64,000 bases of DNA from Candidatus Omnitrophota bacterium (GTDB lineage: Bacteria > Omnitrophota > Gorgyraeia > Zapsychrales > Zapsychraceae), in the NCBI GenBank assembly GCA_016931055.1, contig JAFGFL010000062.1:17451-81450 (forward strand). Direction: 5' to 3'. This document shows positions 55,836-64,000 of this stretch, one piece after another. The stretch's first letter is position 1. Every line of letters starts with the position of its first letter. The notes beneath the pieces were generated by a model, which was not told the origin of the DNA, searched no databases, and saw only the letters and a program-made list of their open reading frames with translations. Position numbers and translations under genes: made by a program.

Positions 55836-56180
55836 TTAAAGTCTCTGGCGCAGCTGCCCGATCTCGATCACCAATTCCTCAAATTTCTGGTCAATATCCT
55901 TCAGATCCTGCTCAAAATCCCAGACGCCTCTGGACACTTTTTCTTCCATCCTGACAAAAACGGCCCTCATGGGTTTCGCCGAGATATTGCCGCAAGAACC
56001 CTTCAAGAAATGCGCCACTTGTTTAACCATTTCTGTATTTTTTTGTTCGACAGCCTCATGCAATTCCTTGCGCTTCGTGTGATAATCCTGGACAAAAATA
56101 TCCAGCAATTCGAAAAAGAGCTCTTTATCGTCCTGAACCCTGTTCATGAATTCTTCGAAGTCCAACGCTTTTTCACTCAT
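55836..56180 (-). CDS. Hpt (histidine phosphotransfer) domain protein
   Basis: 114 aa with the HFLKGSCGNISA motif. Confidence 0.75.
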   Translation of the reverse strand: MSEKALDFEEFMNRVQDDKELFFELLDIFVQDYHTKRKELHEAVEQKNTEMVKQVAHFLKGSCGNISAKPMRAVFVRMEEKVSRGVWDFEQDLKDIDQKFEELVIEIGQLRQRL

Positions 56181-56529
56181 CGGTGGTCCTTTTCTTTAGG
56201 AGGTTGTCCCGTAGAATAAACAGGCCGCGCCTGTCCTTCAACCTCGGGAACCTCAGGTTGATCACAATAGAGAACAAACAGAACAAAGTGATAACGACGG
56301 TCAATGAGACCATGCAGACCGTCATGATCGACTGCCAGTTCCTATCAAGGCCGGTATCCATGATTTCATTGCCGACATACATAATGATCGCAAGGGCAAA
56401 AACGATCGTTGAACCCGCGACGATGAAAATAAACAGGCAAAACAAAGCGGAAATCAGGACAACGTAAATATTGTAAAGGGCCAGGTTCCCTTTTGAAATT
56501 TTACTGGCGGCGATACCAATGCGTTTCAT
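56173..56529 (-). CDS. small integral membrane protein (hypothetical)
   Basis: 118 aa with two or three TM helices. It has an 8-nt overlap with the Hpt gene. Confidence 0.55.
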   Translation of the reverse strand: MKRIGIAASKISKGNLALYNIYVVLISALFCLFIFIVAGSTIVFALAIIMYVGNEIMDTGLDRNWQSIMTVCMVSLTVVITLFCLFSIVINLRFPRLKDRRGLFILRDNLLKKRTTDE

Positions 56530-56558
56530 GACAGCCCCCTTTGATCCGATGCAACCGT

Positions 56559-57374
56559 TCAGGAATCCGGCTGATGATCCGTCAGCGAAATCTCTTTCTT
56601 GACAGCCGTGATCCTGTCCGGAATATAGGGATGGCTCCTTAAGATAATAGGAGCATTGATCCCTTTGGATTCCTTCTCAAGCAATTCCAAAGTTTGAATC
56701 ATCGCCTCCGGGTCATAACCGGCCAAGCGCAGGTATTTAACACCCAGGCGGTCGGCTTCGTATTCATCCCTGCGGCTATAAGCGGAAGAGACAAGGCTCA
56801 TGACGACATTGGAACTCATCGATGCGATTTGCCGCGCCCCCTCGCCTCCCACTTGCCCTAAAACAATATTGCCGATCAGATTATACCCCAGGGCCGCCTG
56901 GTATTTTTTCACCGTATGACGGGCGGCGCAATGCCCTACCTCATGCGCGATCACCGAAGCGATCTGATCTTCCGTCGTCAATTCATCGACCAGCCCGGAA
57001 AACAGATAAATATTCCCGCCCGGGGTCGTAAACGCGTTCATCTCGTCCTTTTCGATCAGGTAAAAATGATATTGATAATCCTGCCTGTCAGAAACCTGCG
57101 CCACGCGCTGGCCGATGCGGCGGACCCTCTCGGTCTCCGCGGAATTCCTTGAAAACGTGTATTCTTGGTTCAGCTTCTGCTGGACTTCCTCGCCCAGAGA
57201 TATTTCCTCAGGCGTCGAGATAAAGATAAGCTCGTTGCGCCCGGTGGCCGGATTATATGTCCCCAGCGAAGCGCACCCGCAAAAAAGAAAGACTAAAGAC
57301 AACAGACTAAAGACGAAAGACTTGCTCAGGAAAAATAAAGATTGGCGATCATCTGATTCCAGCTGTATGAACAT
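56559..57374 (-). CDS. M48-family zinc metallopeptidase lipoprotein
   Basis: HEVGH motif. The start is at ATG 57374 (GAGGAGAAGGAA upstream), giving a signal sequence plus an FCGC lipobox. Confidence 0.8.
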   Translation of the reverse strand: MFIQLESDDRQSLFFLSKSFVFSLLSLVFLFCGCASLGTYNPATGRNELIFISTPEEISLGEEVQQKLNQEYTFSRNSAETERVRRIGQRVAQVSDRQDYQYHFYLIEKDEMNAFTTPGGNIYLFSGLVDELTTEDQIASVIAHEVGHCAARHTVKKYQAALGYNLIGNIVLGQVGGEGARQIASMSSNVVMSLVSSAYSRRDEYEADRLGVKYLRLAGYDPEAMIQTLELLEKESKGINAPIILRSHPYIPDRITAVKKEISLTDHQPDS

Positions 57375-57435
57375 TTCCTTCTCCTCTACCGCTTTAATAA
57401 CTTTAACGTCTATGGTCTGCAGTCTATAGTCTGTT

Positions 57436-58056
57436 CTATCGTTCAAACTTGACAATCTCTTCCCACCACCGGCTGCTGTCCCACCGCTTCATTTGCCGCC
57501 AAAGCGTTCTTGCCGTTTTCGTCTTCAAGTGGTCGGGAGCGGTTTTAAAGAATTTTTCCGTCTTAAGATAACCGCCGTCATAATATTCCTTCGCCTGCAA
57601 CAGACATTCTAAAATATCCGCATCCCGGGCCACGAGACTTGCCTTCGTTTTCTGTTCGTCAAATCCCCGCCGTAAAGCCGTCAGCTCGCTTTTTATATCC
57701 TTTTGTAGATGAGCGACTTGGTCTTTAAAGACCTTTTTCTCAGCTTCCTTAAAATCGATATAATGATGCCCCATTTTATGCAGGTCATTGATGCGCGCCT
57801 CATGGATATCGTTAAAAAGCGCCATGGCCATGACCTGAAACGGGTCAACCTTCTCCAGATGCGCCATATAATAGCCGATGACCGCGCAGCGAAATGAGTG
57901 TTCCGCCACGCTTTCGGGGTCCTTAATGCCCGCCACCCACCATCCGCTGCGCTTGATCCTCTTCAGCAGCCCGGCCTCGGCGAACAGATCGATGGCGCTT
58001 TGCAGACTATTGTTTGGATTCTTTCTGGTATTTTTTTTTCTGTCTCGTGATTTCAT
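57436..58056 (-). CDS. HD-domain phosphohydrolase (YfbR-like)
   Basis: ESVAEHSF...HD(I)HE motifs. The start at MKSRDRKK is uncertain and overlaps the rlmB 3' end. Confidence 0.7.
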   Translation of the reverse strand: MKSRDRKKNTRKNPNNSLQSAIDLFAEAGLLKRIKRSGWWVAGIKDPESVAEHSFRCAVIGYYMAHLEKVDPFQVMAMALFNDIHEARINDLHKMGHHYIDFKEAEKKVFKDQVAHLQKDIKSELTALRRGFDEQKTKASLVARDADILECLLQAKEYYDGGYLKTEKFFKTAPDHLKTKTARTLWRQMKRWDSSRWWEEIVKFER

Positions 58057-58747
58057 AGCAAAAAATGGTTGTCGCGTGCGCCGCGTTGAAGGACACGGTG
58101 TCGCAGGCCATAGGGATCGACAATTCCATATCAAGTGTCTTCCGGATAACGTCCCTGATCCCCTTTTGTTCCGAGCCTACCACGAGCCCCAAAGGATAAG
58201 GCAGCCGGGCCTCGTTTAAAGGCTGCCCTCCCTGGACAACGGCCCCGGCGATCCAAAAGCTCTTCTCCTTCGCCTTTTTAATCGCATTGCCCAGATTGGG
58301 GACCCTCGAGATAGGGACATAATTCTCGCCTCCGGACGCCACGCGCAAAACCGATTCGGTCACGCTGACCGAGTCATGCGTCGGCAGGACCAGGGAAAAC
58401 TTCCCCAAACAGGCGAGGCTGCGGATAATGGCGCCGAGGTTCTGGGGATCGGTCAGCCCGTCTAAAAAGACCGGGCAGCGGTTTTTCCTGAGCGCCGCCT
58501 CCAGCAAATCATCGTACGGCACATAGGCGGCATCCTCGACATCCGCCAGAATCCCTTGCGTGTTCTTATCCCGGCCGATCTTCATCATTTTCGATGCCGG
58601 GATCTGATAGACCGGGATGCCCCATTGCCGCGCCTTTTTATGGATGAACAAGGTGCCCTGAAAGCCGTGCTGGATATAGATCTTCGTAATGCTCGTCGGA
58701 TTTGACCGCAAGCGCTCAATGACCGGATTTCTCCCAGAGAGTTTCAT
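58007..58747 (-). CDS. rlmB: 23S rRNA 2'-O-methyltransferase RlmB
   Basis: SpoU motifs NLGAIIRS, LVVGSEQKGI and SFNAAHATTIFCYE, plus an N-terminal substrate-binding domain. Confidence 0.85.
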   Translation of the reverse strand: MKLSGRNPVIERLRSNPTSITKIYIQHGFQGTLFIHKKARQWGIPVYQIPASKMMKIGRDKNTQGILADVEDAAYVPYDDLLEAALRKNRCPVFLDGLTDPQNLGAIIRSLACLGKFSLVLPTHDSVSVTESVLRVASGGENYVPISRVPNLGNAIKKAKEKSFWIAGAVVQGGQPLNEARLPYPLGLVVGSEQKGIRDVIRKTLDMELSIPMACDTVSFNAAHATTIFCYEITRQKKKYQKESKQ

Positions 58748-58770
58748 TATGGCCGTGCCGTTTAAAGGGA

Positions 58771-59031
58771 TTATTCCTGCGATATGATCTTGTTTGTCCG
58801 TTCCTGCACTTCTCTGTCATATTTCGCGTCCAGATGGTCTCTTTGTTCGATATATTCAGCGTACGTGATCTCTTTATGCAGATATTGACGCTCCAGGCCA
58901 TCCCGGTTTTCTTTGTAGTTGGCAAAATGCGGGTCCTGAATCAATGTCTCAGGATTCTCCAGATAATTCTGCCCGTAAGTACACCCGAACAATACCAAGG
59001 CGCAGGACAATAAAAGACTTTTTTTGATCAT
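58771..59031 (-). CDS. small lipoprotein (hypothetical)
   Basis: 86 aa with signal plus lipobox LFGC. Confidence 0.6.
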   Translation of the reverse strand: MIKKSLLLSCALVLFGCTYGQNYLENPETLIQDPHFANYKENRDGLERQYLHKEITYAEYIEQRDHLDAKYDREVQERTNKIISQE

Positions 59032-59038
59032 CGCTTTT

Positions 59039-59117
59039 TCCCGTCATTTTTCCGCATTTCCTTTAGAAGGAAAGGACGAGGCTCGCACCCTATCACATAC
59101 TAGGCAGGGTACGGCCT
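59039..59117 (-). promoter_or_regulatory. conserved two-hairpin leader element, copy c
   Basis: Sense sequence AGGCCGTACCCT...AGGGTGCGAGCCTCGTCCTTTCC...GGAAATGCGGAAAAATGACGGGA, ending 7 nt before ATG 59031. Confidence 0.6.
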
Positions 59118-59139
59118 TTTTTAATCGCGTTCTTGAAAT

Positions 59140-59874
59140 CTATTTTTTGATCCCCCATCCCAAATAAAATAAGGGGCGTAAAATACTCCACCATCCGGAG
59201 AGCGGCCGCATCTTGGTGTAACCGACTTTCCTCGACGGGTAGATCTTCGTTACAGGGGCTTCCGTCACTTTAAATCCCAGCGTAATGGCTTTATACAACA
59301 AATATGGCTCCATCTCATAGTGGTCAAGCCAAGGCTGGTCAATATTGATCTCCCGATGGCCAAAGATCGAAAGCCTGAACGCCCGAAAGCCGTTTGTGCT
59401 GTCGGTAACTTTCTTCTTTGTCAGAAACGACATGAGCCGGGGATGTATCCTTGTCGCGATTTTCCTGTAAAACGGCATGTCTCCGCCGGCGCCGTCATGC
59501 CCCATATAACGGGACCCCTGGACAAAATCATAACCTTCTTTAAGAATCGGGCCGATCAGCCGCGGGATCTCATCCGGGTTATCTTTATTGTTCCCCGCCA
59601 TGATCACAAGGATTTCGTATCCCTGTCGGCGCGCGTATTGGACCGCCGTCCGGATGGCCGCGCCAACGCCCCGCCTCTTTTCATGCCTGATCGTTTTCAC
59701 TCCCTGAGCCGCGAAACCGTTGATGATCTGGGTCGTGCCGTCATTGGAGGCATCATCCACGATAAGATAGTCAGCCTCAGACCGTACACGGCATTTCAAA
59801 AAACGTTCAATAACCTTCCTGAGCTTCTCATTTTCATTAAACGCAACGGGACAAACCAGAACCTTATTCATCAA
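59140..59874 (-). CDS. family 2 glycosyltransferase
   Basis: N-terminal GT-A fold with [11 protein letters not shown] and a DXD-like motif. Confidence 0.8.
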   Translation of the reverse strand: MMNKVLVCPVAFNENEKLRKVIERFLKCRVRSEADYLIVDDASNDGTTQIINGFAAQGVKTIRHEKRRGVGAAIRTAVQYARRQGYEILVIMAGNNKDNPDEIPRLIGPILKEGYDFVQGSRYMGHDGAGGDMPFYRKIATRIHPRLMSFLTKKKVTDSTNGFRAFRLSIFGHREINIDQPWLDHYEMEPYLLYKAITLGFKVTEAPVTKIYPSRKVGYTKMRPLSGWWSILRPLFYLGWGIKK

Positions 59875-60421
59875 TTTTCAGTCCTCGACCTTTACGCTGA
59901 TATCGCGCGCCACAGGCGCATTGGAATTTGCCGTTGAGCTTGCGCCCGCACCGGCATGCGTATCCTTCAGCCTTGGCCGGATTGCCAAAGACCACCGCGT
60001 GCGCCGGGACATCTTTTGTCACAACGCTCCCGGCCCCGACAACGGCGTACTCGCCAATCGTCACACCGCAGAGAATGACGCTGTTGCTTCCCAATGTCGC
60101 CCCTTTTTGGACAACCGTCTTCTCTAAAGTCCATGGATCAGCCCGATGGCTGCGCGGATGCCGGTCATTGATGAACGCGACATTCGATCCCACAAAAACA
60201 TCATCTTCAATGGTCACGCCGTCAAACACGGCCACATGATGCTTGATCGTGACATGATCGCCGATCACGGCCCCTTTCTCAACAAAGCTTCCGTCGCAAA
60301 TATTACACTCCCGGCCGATGACCGCTCCGCCTTGAATATTGGTAAAAGCCCACACCCTCGTCTTTTCCCCTATTTGGGCCTTTTTGTCGACTATGGCCTG
60401 TTCATGCTTGAAATAACTCAT
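59864..60421 (-). CDS. hexapeptide-repeat sugar N-acetyltransferase (WbpD-like)
   Basis: [12 protein letters not shown]...RVW.F..I start, a left-handed beta-helix, and a C-terminal Cys pair region. Confidence 0.75.
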   Translation of the reverse strand: MSYFKHEQAIVDKKAQIGEKTRVWAFTNIQGGAVIGRECNICDGSFVEKGAVIGDHVTIKHHVAVFDGVTIEDDVFVGSNVAFINDRHPRSHRADPWTLEKTVVQKGATLGSNSVILCGVTIGEYAVVGAGSVVTKDVPAHAVVFGNPAKAEGYACRCGRKLNGKFQCACGARYQRKGRGLKIDE

Positions 60422-60481
60422 GTTTCACTCTTAACCATAAACATTCAAAATTTAAAGCAAATATACAGTTTTATGTTACGA

Positions 60482-60636
60482 AAGTTATAAATGTTATAGA
60501 GGTTATGGAAGTTGCCGTTAATAGGTAGCTTTATGTTGCACAAGGTTGGGAACCTGAAATAACATCGTGTAACCTGAAACTGTTTTTTAACGGCAACCTT
60601 TCCAACCTTAATGACCTCATCCAACATCTATAACTT
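60482..60636. repeat. 155-bp AT-rich long inverted repeat (MITE-like or structured RNA) inside the sugar operon
   Basis: Arms AAGTTATAAATGTT...AGGTTATGGAAGTTGCCGTTAA and TTAACGGCAACCTTTCCAACCT...AACATCTATAACTT. GTTA(T/C) recurs about every 9-10 bp in the left arm. Confidence 0.55.
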
Positions 60637-60658
60637 AAACGATTCTTCAATATCCCCT

Positions 60659-61687
60659 TCAAGAAACAGTTACCAAAGCGCCGTTTTGCCCCATCGAAGA
60701 CTGGATGGCGCACAAGGTCCTGACAACATCGAGCCCCTTTTGCGCATCCGACAGTTCAGGCTCAGATGAATCCGTTATGCATTTTAAAAAATATTCCCCC
60801 TGCTTCTTCAACGGCTCACCCACGCCGACTTTCGGGATCGTGATGCTTCCCTCTTTCGAAAGCAGCTGAAATTCGCCGTAAGTCTCATAGAACGTCTTCG
60901 TCTTCTCCACATGCTTGTCATAAAGCTTGATGGGGCCGACATTGTCCAGGTCGTCCCAGACGACCATTTTCTTATCGCCGACGATCGTGATCTGCCTGAC
61001 CTTTTTGGGGTCAAGCCAGCTGACGTGCACATTGGCCAGAACAGGGCCGGGATATTCGAGGGCGGCAAAGGCCAAATCCTCCAAAGACTCTCCCAGGCAT
61101 TTTTGGCCGCGGCCCGAGACGTTCAACGGGCAACTGTCAAACAAATAGTTGAAAATGGAAATATCATGCGGCGCTAAATCCCATAAAGCGTTGACATCAT
61201 AACGGAACGGCCCCAGATTCGTCCTCGTTGAATACGCGTAATAGATCTTCCCCAATTCCCCGGAGCGGATATATTCCTTAAGCCGGACGATGCCCGCGTT
61301 GAAAAGGAAAATATGCCCGACCATAAGGACTTTCCCCGATTGGTCGGCGAGACGTTTAAGCTCCCGGCATTCCTCAGGGGTCATCGCCAAGGGTTTTTCG
61401 CAAAGGACGTGCTTCCCGCACTTCAAGGCTTCTTTCGTCAGGGAATAATGCAGGTCCGTTGGCGCCGCGATGCAGACCGCGTGAATATCCGGGTGATTCA
61501 GGATCTCTTTGTAATTCTTTGTCCCCCGGACATTCAAGAAAGTTTTTTGGATCGCATCCAGCCGCGATGAATCGGGATCAGCGCACATCAAAACCTTCGA
61601 GCCCGCCAAATGCGAGAAAATCCGTATATGGTTGGGCCCCCAGTGGCCGCATCCGATCACGCCGATATTAATAAATTTCGATGCCAT
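60659..61687 (-). CDS. Gfo/Idh/MocA-family sugar-nucleotide oxidoreductase (WbpB-like)
   Basis: Rossmann N-terminus IGVIGCGHWG and EKP motif. Confidence 0.8.
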   Translation of the reverse strand: MASKFINIGVIGCGHWGPNHIRIFSHLAGSKVLMCADPDSSRLDAIQKTFLNVRGTKNYKEILNHPDIHAVCIAAPTDLHYSLTKEALKCGKHVLCEKPLAMTPEECRELKRLADQSGKVLMVGHIFLFNAGIVRLKEYIRSGELGKIYYAYSTRTNLGPFRYDVNALWDLAPHDISIFNYLFDSCPLNVSGRGQKCLGESLEDLAFAALEYPGPVLANVHVSWLDPKKVRQITIVGDKKMVVWDDLDNVGPIKLYDKHVEKTKTFYETYGEFQLLSKEGSITIPKVGVGEPLKKQGEYFLKCITDSSEPELSDAQKGLDVVRTLCAIQSSMGQNGALVTVS

Positions 61688-61720
61688 AAATCACCGCTCT
61701 CATTGTCCCTATCGTTAAAC

Positions 61721-62194
61721 TCAAGGGCGCTCGATCTTTAAAACTCGGTACTTTAAGACTCCCGCGGGAACGGGGATCATTAATTCCTCACCTTCCGCAT
61801 GCCCCAGCAATGCCTTCCCGATCGGGGAAAGAATCGAGATCTTATTGTCTTCATAACTGGACTCTTCGGGTGAAACCAGCATGTAGTTGATCTCTTCTTC
61901 CGTCTCCAGGTCTTTCAGCGTTGCGATCGCGCCGATATAGATTTTATCCGACGGGATGTTCTGATCCTCAATGATCTTGACCCTGGCCAGCTTGTCTTCC
62001 AGTTCCAAGCGCCTTGCCGCGTTCTGCGCCTGGGCTTCCTTGGCCGCGTCATATTCGGCATTTTCCGAGAGGTCCCCCTGCAAACGGGCCGCCTCGATCT
62101 CCTTGGAGATCCTCATGCCGTCTTTTTTCAACTGCTCGAATTCATCGTGCAGTTTATGAAAGAAGTCCCGCGTTAAATAAATATCTTCAGACAT
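61721..62194 (-). CDS. greA: transcription elongation factor GreA
   Basis: GDLSENAEYDAAKE motif. The start is at ATG 62194 (AAAGGA SD). Confidence 0.9.
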   Translation of the reverse strand: MSEDIYLTRDFFHKLHDEFEQLKKDGMRISKEIEAARLQGDLSENAEYDAAKEAQAQNAARRLELEDKLARVKIIEDQNIPSDKIYIGAIATLKDLETEEEINYMLVSPEESSYEDNKISILSPIGKALLGHAEGEELMIPVPAGVLKYRVLKIERP

Positions 62195-62282
62195 GTTTCC
62201 TTTCATCCCGACAACAGCCTGTCTTTTTGCATTTTAAAAACTCATGGAACCAGACACAAAAACAATTGGGCAGCCCAAACGT

Positions 62283-62516
62283 TTACATGGTTTCGAGGGC
62301 CTTTGCCATAATCGGGATGATCTCTTTAGCTTCCTCTTTGGTCATGCGCCCTAATTTCGCGAATCGCCATTCTTCATCTTGGTTCCGGTTTTCGCGGGAA
62401 ACCTGGAGTTTCTTGGCTCCTCCATTATATGAAAAGACCCCCACCGTGATCCGTGTGTCCTGAAATTCCTTTGTTTCCTTAAATGTGGCAACATCCAGTG
62501 ATTGATCGTAAGGCAT
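62283..62516 (-). CDS. PC4/YdbC-like small ssDNA-binding protein (tentative)
   Basis: 77 aa. The pattern VFSYNGGAKKLQVSR...GRMTKEEAKEI resembles bacterial PC4-fold proteins. This comes from memory of the family, not a search. Confidence 0.45.
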   Translation of the reverse strand: MPYDQSLDVATFKETKEFQDTRITVGVFSYNGGAKKLQVSRENRNQDEEWRFAKLGRMTKEEAKEIIPIMAKALETM

Positions 62517-62551
62517 GTTCGTTCCTTTCTTTTGTTGTGAATGGACTATGT

Positions 62552-62842
62552 TTACATCCCCGGGAAACCGGGCAAAACTGCTTTCATTCTCTGAGCGGCC
62601 GCACTTTGAGATTTTTGGATAGCCGCGTTAACGCTGCGGAGGATGTCATTCTCCAGCTTCTTTTTGTCCCCGGCATTGACAAGGGCATCATCGATTTCCA
62701 GAGATTGAAAATTCTGCGAACCGTTAATGACGATCCTCACGCCTTTGACTTCATTGACTTCAACGACCGCATTGTCCAGTTCCCTTTTGATGCGGTCAGC
62801 CTGCTTCTTCATTTCCATCAATTCTTTCATTTTATCAAACAT
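62552..62842 (-). CDS. ybaB: nucleoid-associated protein YbaB/EbfC
   Basis: MFDKMKELMEMKKQ...LPGFPGM. The start is at ATG 62842 (AAAGGAA SD). Confidence 0.85.
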   Translation of the reverse strand: MFDKMKELMEMKKQADRIKRELDNAVVEVNEVKGVRIVINGSQNFQSLEIDDALVNAGDKKKLENDILRSVNAAIQKSQSAAAQRMKAVLPGFPGM

Positions 62843-62942
62843 GAAAATTCCTTTTGATAAACTTTTTTGCGATCTTAATGGGTTCTGCAATGATCTCCAG
62901 ACACCCGTAGAATCTCAAGGACTACTTTTCCGGAAAACGCTG

Positions 62943-63236
62943 CTATCGCAATTGGTAACTGATGTCAACAAGCGTGGCAACGAGGAATCCCCTTAAGAAT
63001 ATGATTGCGATGAAAGCAATGATAGGTGATAAATCAAAGCCCATTGGCGGCAGCAATCTTCTGATCGGCTGCAATACCGGTTCTGTCACCCTGTAAAGGA
63101 ACTGCACAATCGCGTTATAGGGATCCGGATTGACCCAACTGATCAGTGCCCGAACAAAGATAAGCCAGAAAAATATGTTCAAGACGATATCGATGACACT
63201 TGCCAGAGCCCTTATGAGATTTCCTAAAACGAACAT
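62943..63236 (-). CDS. yggT: YggT-family membrane protein
   Basis: 97 aa with two TM helices and the YggT pattern ...ISWVNPDPYN...P. Confidence 0.8.
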   Translation of the reverse strand: MFVLGNLIRALASVIDIVLNIFFWLIFVRALISWVNPDPYNAIVQFLYRVTEPVLQPIRRLLPPMGFDLSPIIAFIAIIFLRGFLVATLVDISYQLR

Positions 63237-63266
63237 GCTGACGACCCCCTTTTTGGTTAATGCTCC

Positions 63267-64000
63267 CTATCTGTCTTTTCCCGAATCCTCAAAGGCCTTC
63301 TCCTGCGAATAATTGATCGCCCGTATAGGATAAGGGATCGCGATCCCTTCCTTGGCATAACGTTTATGCAGCCTTTTGATGAATTCATGCTTAATGAGAT
63401 AATTATCGACAAACTCTTTCGCGCGCAGGATGACCGAAAAATTGATGCTGAAATCCGAAAAGGTATGGTAGCGGATAAACGGTTCAAAATCTGCCACCCC
63501 TCCCGGGACCTCTTTTAATGTCTCTTTGGCGACCTCGATCGTGACCCGTTCCACATGCTCTAAGTCTGAGTCATAATGTACACCGACCTGAACCAGGACC
63601 GACAATTCTTTTTGAGGATAATAATAGTTGATCACCTTCGCACTGACGATCACTTTGTTGGGAATGATCACCATATTATTGGGAAGCATTTTCACCCAAG
63701 TCGAGCGCCAGCCGATCTTATGGACATACCCTTCTTCCCCCGATTCCAATTTAACGAAATGCCCGACCTTGATGGGTTTATCCATAACCAACTGGATGCC
63801 GGAGAAGAAATTTTCCAATGTCGGCTGTAAAGCCAACGCCACCGCCAGGGAACCGACGCCCAACGAGGCCAAGATGGGTGTTATCGAAACGCCGAAACTG
63901 TCCAAAAGAACCAAAAGGCCGAGGCCGATTACAAGAATACGGATAAAGCCCCTGGCAACACCTCCGGAAGTCTTTAAGATCTCCACCTGCCCCGAATAGG
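63267..64000 (-). CDS. mechanosensitive ion channel (MscS family); 5' end beyond the window
   Basis: The pore helix and beta-domain pattern GVGSLAVALALQ...NFFSG...DKPIKVGHFV is present. The frame stays open upstream of the GTG at 63986 to position 64000. Confidence 0.8.
   Translation of the reverse strand, partial: YSGQVEILKTSGGVARGFIRILVIGLGLLVLLDSFGVSITPILASLGVGSLAVALALQPTLENFFSGIQLVMDKPIKVGHFVKLESGEEGYVHKIGWRSTWVKMLPNNMVIIPNKVIVSAKVINYYYPQKELSVLVQVGVHYDSDLEHVERVTIEVAKETLKEVPGGVADFEPFIRYHTFSDFSINFSVILRAKEFVDNYLIKHEFIKRLHKRYAKEGIAIPYPIRAINYSQEKAFEDSGKDR

Noticed and set aside
1-64000. CRISPR arrays, IS elements or transposases, integrases, prophage or toxin-antitoxin/defence islands
   Set aside because: I saw no regularly spaced direct repeats with unique spacers. 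No ORF has transposase, integrase, Cas or phage structural motifs. The repeats present are short intergenic palindromes. Smr, RmuC and the EndoIII-like gene are isolated housekeeping-type genes rather than a recognisable defence operon.

Overview
This is a chromosomal, mostly housekeeping window from a diderm (LPS and outer membrane) bacterium that I cannot place taxonomically from sequence alone. I call 73 protein genes, 72 on the minus strand and only a PpiD-like chaperone gene on plus. I also call one tRNA-Gln(UUG), several near-consensus sigma70 promoters, two good intrinsic terminators, and many intergenic palindromic or repeat elements. In transcription order (high to low coordinates) the content is: mscS-like, yggT, ybaB, PC4-like, greA; a WbpB/WbpD-like sugar-modification pair plus GT2; rlmB, HD hydrolase, M48 protease; Hpt; a TPR/GT-C membrane protein; an aminotransferase; dCMP deaminase; a response regulator; ychF; hydrolase/GH5/trmH/pseudouridine synthase; ABC-F; Smr; an EndoIII-like gene; rmuC; pgeF; cutA; tlpA; (ppiD on plus); hisG; ispE-spoVG-tRNA-glmU-prs-ctc-pth; rpsF-ssb-rpsR-rplI-dnaB; bamA-skp-lpxD-lpxC/fabZ-lpxA-lpxI; lysS; lolE-lolD; ilvE; mcsA-mcsB-clpC; a hypothetical gene plus mlaE-mlaF-mlaD; and radA-yacL-ispD-ispF-cysE-cysS-tmk-holB. 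I found no CRISPR array, IS or transposase, prophage or recognisable defence island. The most interesting observations follow. (1) An ~80-nt two-hairpin leader occurs three times, always in sense orientation immediately 5' of a start codon. It shows sense-strand-specific wobble or compensatory changes and an alternative helix that would occlude the Shine-Dalgarno. (2) Two short ORFs were missed by the ORF track: a bS22-like basic peptide, and a 51-aa membrane peptide with its own promoter and terminator. (3) The SpoVG carries a zinc-ribbon insertion. (4) Bacillus-type gene-order blocks occur in an LPS-containing organism, with mcsA-mcsB-clpC lacking ctsR. (5) There are several families of intergenic palindromic repeats. 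All protein identifications rest on motif recognition in the supplied translations, because no database search was possible.
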